Positions 58,245-64,000 of a DNA stretch of 64,000 bases are shown one piece after another. Made by a program: the position numbers and the translations under genes. This DNA is from Bythopirellula sp. (GTDB taxonomy: Bacteria > Planctomycetota > Planctomycetia > Pirellulales > Lacipirellulaceae), in NCBI GenBank assembly GCA_965216565.1, contig OZ244170.1, positions 736,001 to 800,000 of the forward strand, written 5' to 3'. Every line of letters begins with the position of its first letter. The first letter of the stretch is position 1. Below the pieces are notes generated by a model. The model had not been told where the DNA came from, ran no database searches, and saw only the letters and a program-made list of their open reading frames with translations.

Positions 58245-59750
58245 ATGTCGAACACCCCAGCATCGTCGGCACGCGTGATTTATGGTCTCGACGATCGGCC
58301 TCCGTTTCCGAAGGCGGTCGTGCTGGCGATTCAGCATGTGTTGACCATGTTTGGGTCGACCGTCTCGATTCCACTGCTGTTTGGCCCGGCGATGGGGATG
58401 ACGATTGACCAGATTGCCCTGCTGATTTCCTCGGTCATGATTTGCAGTGGCGTGGGGACTTTTCTGCAAGCGACCTACGGCTCGCGATTGCCGATTATCC
58501 AGGGCGTTTCGTTTTCGTTCATCGCTGGTTTCTTTGCGATCATCGGTAGCGTGAGTGAACGTGGTGGCGACGCCGCGGAGATGATGCAGTACATCGCCGG
58601 TGCGGTGATTGGTGGGGCGGTGTTTGAAATGGTGATCGGCTTCTCGGGGCTCATGGGGCAGGTGCGCAAGTTTCTTTCACCGGTGGTTGTGGGTCCTGTG
58701 ATCATGTTGATCGGGCTGGCGCTTTTCAATCACGGCGCACCCAAGGCGGGCACGGATTGGGCCATCTCTGGGCTGACCATGTTTTTGATCATCCTGTTCT
58801 CGCTGGTGCTCTCACACAAGATTAAGTTCTTTCAACTATTCCCAATCTTGGCTGCATTAGTCATCGTTGTCTCGCTGTGTTGGGGCCTTACCCTCGCTGG
58901 GGTTTATGAAAAGGGCGATGCTTCATTCGTCGACACCTCCGCTGCCGCCAGTAGCGAGTGGGTCCGCATGGATCTGGGGGAAGTGATTTTCCCCTGGGGC
59001 TATCCAAAATGGAATTTGGGTTTCTTCGTCGCAGCGCTGGCCGGCTATCTGGCTTCGATGATCGAATCGTTCGGCGACTACCATGCCTGCAGCCATATGG
59101 CCGGCGGTGGCGACCCCACCCCGAAACAGATCTCCCGGGGCATTGGCTTTGAAGGGGTTAGTTGCGCGCTCACGGGGATATTGGGCGGCTTCAGTTCCAC
59201 CAGTTATTCAGAGAACATTGGCCTCATCGGCCTGACGAAGGTGGGGAGTCGGTATGTTGTACAGATTGGTTCGATCCTCCTCATTGCCCTGGGATTCTTT
59301 GGCAAATTTGGCGCGCTGGCCGCGGCTATCCCTGAACCTGTGGTCGGGGGGGTTTACTGTGCAATGTTCGGTTTGATTAGTGCTGTGGGTGTGCAGCAAT
59401 TGGCCAAGTGCGATTTGCACAGCGATCGAAACTTGTTCATCGCCGGATTTTCGCTGTTTATGGGACTCAGTGTCCCAGCCTATTTTCAGTCCGTCGCCAG
59501 TGTCGAAGGCATGCAACCCGGTGATATTTTGGCAACCTACCCACCGACGGCTGAAACCTGGTTGGACGAGTTGCCACAAGGAGTTCGCGGTGTAGTAAAC
59601 TCAATAGGCACAACCGGAATGGCGGTAGCCGCGATACTAGGACTATTGCTCGATAACTTAATCCCCGGCACCGCGGCCCAGCGAGGGCTCGATGATCCGG
59701 GTGTGTTGGTGCCCGAGGCGGGCGATATAGGTGTTGAACCAGAGGAGTAA
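58245..59750 (+). CDS. NCS2/NAT nucleobase (uracil-type) permease
   Basis: AIQHVLTMF, SMIESFGDY, SYSENIGLIGLTKVGSR NAT signature. Confidence 0.92.
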   Translation: MSNTPASSARVIYGLDDRPPFPKAVVLAIQHVLTMFGSTVSIPLLFGPAMGMTIDQIALLISSVMICSGVGTFLQATYGSRLPIIQGVSFSFIAGFFAIIGSVSERGGDAAEMMQYIAGAVIGGAVFEMVIGFSGLMGQVRKFLSPVVVGPVIMLIGLALFNHGAPKAGTDWAISGLTMFLIILFSLVLSHKIKFFQLFPILAALVIVVSLCWGLTLAGVYEKGDASFVDTSAAASSEWVRMDLGEVIFPWGYPKWNLGFFVAALAGYLASMIESFGDYHACSHMAGGGDPTPKQISRGIGFEGVSCALTGILGGFSSTSYSENIGLIGLTKVGSRYVVQIGSILLIALGFFGKFGALAAAIPEPVVGGVYCAMFGLISAVGVQQLAKCDLHSDRNLFIAGFSLFMGLSVPAYFQSVASVEGMQPGDILATYPPTAETWLDELPQGVRGVVNSIGTTGMAVAAILGLLLDNLIPGTAAQRGLDDPGVLVPEAGDIGVEPEE

Positions 59751-59756
59751 CTGACG

Positions 59757-61112
59757 ATGTCGCAAACCACCAAGTCTCTACAGCTTCCCATTGTCGATCA
59801 CAAGCCGACGCCTTACGACGGCCCGTCGCGGGACGAAGTGATCGCACTACGGCATCAGTACGTTTCTCCAGGCGTGCTCACCTACTACCGCGAGCCGTTG
59901 ATGGTTGTCGAAGGCCATATGCAATACGTGTGGGACGAAAAGGGACGGCAGTATCTGGATGCGTTTGCGGGAATCGTGACCGTGAGCGTGGGGCATTGTC
60001 ATCCCGACGTCATGGAGAAGGTCAACGCGCAAAACGGAAAGCTACAGCACACCACGACCATCTATCTGCACCCGGCTATTGCCCAGTTTGCAGAAAAGCT
60101 GGCGAGCAAGATGCCTGAGGGGTTATCGCGTAGTTACTTCACCAACAGCGGCAGCGAAGCCAACGAAATTGCGATTCTCTCTGCCCGAGAGTACACGGGC
60201 AATCTAGATGTCGTGGCCTTGCGCAACGGTTACCACGGCGGCACGACGACTCCCATGAGCCTCACAGCCCATGGCACCTGGAAGTTTCCTTCCAATACGC
60301 GTAGCCACGTGCTGCACACGCACCCGGGCTATTGCTACCGGTGCCCCTACGGCCTGGAATACCCATCCTGCGACTTGAAGTGTGCCCACGACATCAAGAA
60401 TGTGATCGAGTATCAGACGCCCGGAGAGATTGCCTGCTTCATCGGCGAGCCCATCCAGGGCGTGGGCGGCACGATTGTGCCTCCGCAAGAGTACTTTCAA
60501 ATTGTCTACGACATCGTCCGTCAACATGGCGGTATCTGCATAGCAGACGAAGTGCAGGGTGGTTTTGGTCGCACCGGCGAGCATTTCTGGGCTCATCAGA
60601 ATTTCGACGTCGTGCCTGACATGGTCACCATGGCCAAGGGTATTGGGAATGGAGCGCCTCTCGGTGGAATGACGACCACCGAGCCGATTTCTGAAATGAT
60701 GGCCAAACGGATCCACTTCAACACCTACGGCGGCAATCCGGTGAGCATGACGCAGGGCCTGGCGACGCTGGAAGTGATAGAAGAGCAGGGCATCCAGCAG
60801 AATGCAAAAGAAGTGGGGGCCCATCTAAAGAACCGTTTCCACGAACTCGAGGACAAGCATCCAATGATCGGCGATGTGCGCGGATTAGGACTAATGTTGG
60901 GAATCGAACTAGTAAAAGACCGCACCACCAAAGAGCCCGCCTCCCAGGCGGCCGCCGACGTGATGGAAAAGTGCAAAGAGCACGGACTAATCATCGGCAA
61001 AGGTGGCCTCTACGGCAACACACTCCGCATCAAGCCCCCCATGTGCATCACCAAAGACGACGCCGATTTCCTGGCAGATTGTTTGGATTTGGTGCTGGGT
61101 GAGGTGTCCTAG
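59757..61112 (+). CDS. Class III PLP aminotransferase, AGXT2/PYD4-like (probable beta-alanine transaminase)
   Basis: YLDAFAGIVTVSVGHCHP, NSGSEAN, IADEVQGGFGRTG, MAKGIGNG, HFNTYGGNP. Confidence 0.88.
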   Translation: MSQTTKSLQLPIVDHKPTPYDGPSRDEVIALRHQYVSPGVLTYYREPLMVVEGHMQYVWDEKGRQYLDAFAGIVTVSVGHCHPDVMEKVNAQNGKLQHTTTIYLHPAIAQFAEKLASKMPEGLSRSYFTNSGSEANEIAILSAREYTGNLDVVALRNGYHGGTTTPMSLTAHGTWKFPSNTRSHVLHTHPGYCYRCPYGLEYPSCDLKCAHDIKNVIEYQTPGEIACFIGEPIQGVGGTIVPPQEYFQIVYDIVRQHGGICIADEVQGGFGRTGEHFWAHQNFDVVPDMVTMAKGIGNGAPLGGMTTTEPISEMMAKRIHFNTYGGNPVSMTQGLATLEVIEEQGIQQNAKEVGAHLKNRFHELEDKHPMIGDVRGLGLMLGIELVKDRTTKEPASQAAADVMEKCKEHGLIIGKGGLYGNTLRIKPPMCITKDDADFLADCLDLVLGEVS

Positions 61113-61161
61113 CGGAGAACTGAGCGAGACTTGGGAATCGAGAAAAGTAGTTTTCTCTTAG

Positions 61162-61197
61162 TCCCTCGCCCCTGTGGGGAGAGGCAAGGTGAGGGGA
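61162..61197. repeat. CCCTCnCCCC...GGGGAGAGG...GTGAGGGG REP-like element
   Basis: TCCCTCGCCCCTGTGGGGAGAGGCAAGGTGAGGGGA downstream of the aminotransferase. Confidence 0.55.
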
Positions 61198-61263
61198 GCA
61201 ATAAATGCCGAAGTTATTTTTTCTCGATTCCTTACCTGTCCCCATCTCAAGCGGTACTGCAGT

Positions 61264-61355
61264 GGTCCGTCGAAAAAGGGGACAGGCACGACGACGCAAT
61301 GTGTGCGCGTGGGTACATGCCGTCATAGGGCATCGAGCCAGTCCCCTTTTTTGAC
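61264..61355. repeat. Repeat family A, copy 3
   Basis: GTCGAAAAAGGGGACAGGCAC...GAGCCAGTCCCCTTTTTTGAC. Confidence 0.8.
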
Positions 61356-61392
61356 TACCGGGCACGGGAGTATTAGACTAGCGGAGTAATCC

Positions 61393-61644
61393 ATGAGTCA
61401 TCAGTTCAGCGTAATTGTTGATCTAAATGTTAGTTCCGAGGAGCAAATGTTAGAGATCGCCGATGTCCTCGGAAATGCGGGCTGTCTCGATTCATCGGTC
61501 GGAGGTCATCCAGAGGGAGTGGAGCTGAGCTTCGACCGAGAAGCAGAATCTCTCGACTCCGCCTTGAGATCGGCTATCGCAGAAGTCGAGTCTGCAGGAT
61601 ATCGAGTGAAACGTGTTGAGATGGCACGCGAAGCGATCAGTTAG
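61393..61644 (+). CDS. Small hypothetical alpha/beta protein
   Basis: GGAG RBS; acidic 83 aa; LSFDREAESLDSALRSAIAEVESAG. Confidence 0.7.
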   Translation: MSHQFSVIVDLNVSSEEQMLEIADVLGNAGCLDSSVGGHPEGVELSFDREAESLDSALRSAIAEVESAGYRVKRVEMAREAIS

Positions 61645-61671
61645 CTGTTACAGAATAGAGAGTCGGAACGA

Positions 61672-62169
61672 ATGTTTTTGCTCGCAACTAAGTTCTCAGT
61701 ATTCTGCTTGAGTTTCTTTATCGTTCTGTTTCTGGTGAGCCTATTTTTAGAAATGCCTGACATAGCCATAGATGGTAAGAGCATGGATCACAAGACATCT
61801 ATTCCATTAGGCCATTTTCGATGTCTTGCTTTTGGAGGGAGTCTTTGGTTCTATACCGGTGCCTACCCTTATTGTGGCAGCATCATCGGAATCCAAGGTG
61901 TATGGGACGGAGTGCCAGCTGAAAAGCATGAGGATTGGGCATGGGTCTATCAGCAGTATGGCTTGGTGCAACAGTCGTACATTGACATGTCGGGCAATTC
62001 CGTTGGAAAAGTAAGATTTGGGGATTTCCCAGGTATCTACTATCGGCACTTTGAAACCAAGAGTGGCTCTATTCCTTGGTGGACACTCGCCACAAGTATC
62101 TTCTATCCCATTGCATTGTCTGCGGTGTTGCCTTGTGCATGGAGCATCAAGAGATTAAGAACGCAGTAA
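61672..62169 (+). CDS. Hypothetical membrane protein, lower GC
   Basis: N- and C-terminal TM segments. Confidence 0.55.
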   Translation: MFLLATKFSVFCLSFFIVLFLVSLFLEMPDIAIDGKSMDHKTSIPLGHFRCLAFGGSLWFYTGAYPYCGSIIGIQGVWDGVPAEKHEDWAWVYQQYGLVQQSYIDMSGNSVGKVRFGDFPGIYYRHFETKSGSIPWWTLATSIFYPIALSAVLPCAWSIKRLRTQ

Positions 62170-62214
62170 ATGAAGTAATTGCATCAATCCTCCGATTTTC
62201 GTGGTCCAGCCCAC

Positions 62215-62637
62215 TCAGCACGTCTTCGGATTTTTGATCATCGATTTGGCTGAGGCGTGGATGACCTTCTCTAGCACGTCCACATCGACATCAGCTAGTC
62301 GTTTGATGTAAAGGCAGCAGACACTAGTTTTGTGTTTGCCAAGTTTTTTGAGCAGTTTCTGGTGTGCGTCGAAACCGTCCATAATGTACAGCGAGATCTC
62401 CCGCTTGCGGGGGGAGAAGCCAATCAGGAACCAATCGCCTTCTCGGCCGCTTTTGTATTTGTAGTGGTAGCTGCCGTAGCCGACGATGCTGTCGCCCCAC
62501 ATTTTGGGACGTTTGCCGGTGGCGGCTTTCATCATTTTCATCAGCAGTTTGCAATCTTTGCGTTTCTGATCGTCCTCGATCGCATTGACGAATTTGCTGG
62601 GGCTCGCGTCGTTGGGTTTGGTTTTGACATCCGCCAT
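62215..62637 (-). CDS. DUF1801 (YdhG-like) protein
   Basis: PKMWGDSIVGYGSYHYKYKSGREGDW..GFSPRK..LGKHKT..CLYIKRL. Confidence 0.88.
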   Translation of the reverse strand: MADVKTKPNDASPSKFVNAIEDDQKRKDCKLLMKMMKAATGKRPKMWGDSIVGYGSYHYKYKSGREGDWFLIGFSPRKREISLYIMDGFDAHQKLLKKLGKHKTSVCCLYIKRLADVDVDVLEKVIHASAKSMIKNPKTC

Positions 62638-62640
62638 CGC

Positions 62641-63078
62641 TTACGCCTGCTTTTCTGCAAAGTCTTTGAATTGCCGCATAAACTGCCAGGAACGTTTCTT
62701 GAAAGAGCCCGGCATGAACATGGCCATGATTTTGATGACCCCGGTACAGCGAAATTCAGTATCGAACTTCCAACGTGTGTGCTGAGGCCCTAAATCCAGG
62801 AAGTGATTGGAAACGCTATTCCAAACGCCCTCTGTTTCATAAGTTCCAGAAAACTCGTCCGGCAGATTGCGTTCAGTGATCGTCTCGATCATCTTCACTT
62901 CGCGTCGCCCCATTTGATAGACGAGCTCAGACTGAGCACCGACGGTTCCCGGCTCACCCTTGATATGCTCGAAACTAACCAAGTCCGGTTGCCACGCATG
63001 CATTTGCTTCGGATCGTCGAACAATGCCACGACGGTTTCCCGGGGCCGATTGATATCGATCTCTAGCTTGTACTTCAT
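62641..63078 (-). CDS. SRPBCC family protein
   Basis: MKYKLEIDINRPRETV..WQP..MIETITER; GGTTCCTCC region precedes ATG at 63078. Confidence 0.85.
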   Translation of the reverse strand: MKYKLEIDINRPRETVVALFDDPKQMHAWQPDLVSFEHIKGEPGTVGAQSELVYQMGRREVKMIETITERNLPDEFSGTYETEGVWNSVSNHFLDLGPQHTRWKFDTEFRCTGVIKIMAMFMPGSFKKRSWQFMRQFKDFAEKQA

Positions 63079-63241
63079 GGAGGAACCACGGCGCGATGGC
63101 AATCGGGCAATTGAGGATAATTTGGCTAATTTTAACTGCGGAAGGTACCTAGTGGAAGCTATACGTGCGTTGCCTAGGTGCTCCCGGAGCGTTATGTTGA
63201 AGTAATCAAATGAACCTCTTTTCTTGCTGGGGAGGCTAGTC

Positions 63242-64000
63242 ATGCCTACTTTGGAAACGACCGTCAATGGGCTTAAGATGCCTAACCCTTTTGTCATTGG
63301 CTCTGGCCCTCCGGGCACCAATGGCAATGTTATCGGCAAGGCTTTCGACGAAGGCTGGGGAGCCGTCATCTGCAAGACCATTAGCCTCGACGCCTCGAAA
63401 GTGGTGAACGTACAGCCCCGCTATGGGCGGTTCCGTGGCAGGGAATCCAAAGAGATCATCGGCTGGGAGAATATCGAGCTGATCAGCGATCGCAGCTTTG
63501 ATATTTGGGTGGAAGAACTCAAAGCAGTGAAGGACAAGTATCCAGATCGAATTCTAATCGCCTCGGTGATGGAAGAATTCCGCAAGGATGCTTGGGTTGA
63601 GATTATCGAGCGTTGCGAAGCGCTTGGCGTCGATGCCTTTGAACTGAACTTCTCCTGCCCGCACGGCTTGCCCGAACGCAAGATGGGCTCGGCGATGGGG
63701 GAGAACCCCGACATCCTGGAAGAAGTCTGCGGCTGGGTAAACGCCGTAGCCACCGTCCCGGTCTGGGCCAAGATGACTCCCAATGTGACCCACATCGAAG
63801 ATCCCACGCGGGCCTCCCTTAAGGCGGGTTGCGAGGGCATCGCTGCGATCAACACCATCCGCAGTGTCGTGGGTGTCGACCTGGACACGCTGAAGCCAGA
63901 ACCCTCGGTCGAAGGGTACACGACCCCCGGTGGTTATTCTTGTCGAGCGGTGATGCCAATCGCTCTACGAATGGTCATGGAAATCGCCCAGGTTATTAAA
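63242..64000 (+). CDS. preA: Dihydropyrimidine dehydrogenase FMN subunit (PreA/PYD1-like), cut by the window end
   Basis: Missing from the ORF track; my translation gives MPTLETTVNGLKMPNPFVIGSGPPGTN..GWGAVICKT..GWENIELISDR..ELNFSCPHG..WAKMTPN..INT; GGAGG RBS. Confidence 0.93.
   Translation, partial: MPTLETTVNGLKMPNPFVIGSGPPGTNGNVIGKAFDEGWGAVICKTISLDASKVVNVQPRYGRFRGRESKEIIGWENIELISDRSFDIWVEELKAVKDKYPDRILIASVMEEFRKDAWVEIIERCEALGVDAFELNFSCPHGLPERKMGSAMGENPDILEEVCGWVNAVATVPVWAKMTPNVTHIEDPTRASLKAGCEGIAAINTIRSVVGVDLDTLKPEPSVEGYTTPGGYSCRAVMPIALRMVMEIAQVIK

Noticed and set aside
62641..63381. 246-aa version of the SRPBCC ORF
   Set aside because: The extension overlaps preA on the opposite strand; the domain begins at ATG 63078

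Overview
This 64 kb window looks like the core chromosome of a planctomycete, probably Pirellulales or Lacipirellulaceae-like. That is an inference from the DUF1559, PEP-CTERM, DUF1080 and (R/Q)-(F/Y)-(S/G)-L-K-x-L-L-type proteins and the repeat families. It holds RNase P RNA (rnpB), tRNA-Glu(TTC), and housekeeping genes (rsgA, dacB, tatD, csrA, hemH, hemB, hemL, aas, ispD, tyrS). It also holds a complex I-like operon, nuoI-A-C-D-H-J-K-L-M-N, that lacks nuoB and nuoEFG, and a reductive pyrimidine catabolism cluster (mmsA, beta-ureidopropionase, NCS2 permease, class III aminotransferase, preA cut by the window end). I saw no transposase, integrase, prophage or CRISPR array, but intergenic space is dense with REP/MITE-like and heptamer repeats. 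The main leads are: (1) a membrane-anchored DUF4041/T5orf172 (SNIPE/PD-lambda-1-like) protein whose nuclease residues appear substituted; (2) an RNase P P12 helix built from the same heptamer repeat found intergenically; (3) a one-gene cassette bracketed by a 40-bp duplication of a gene 3' end; (4) the headless, NuoB-less complex I operon with a Rex-like box and a trailing ferritin-like ORF; (5) a FliL-like gene split by one in-frame TAG; (6) a 20% Cys repeat lipoprotein. All family assignments come from recognising motifs by eye; no searches were run.
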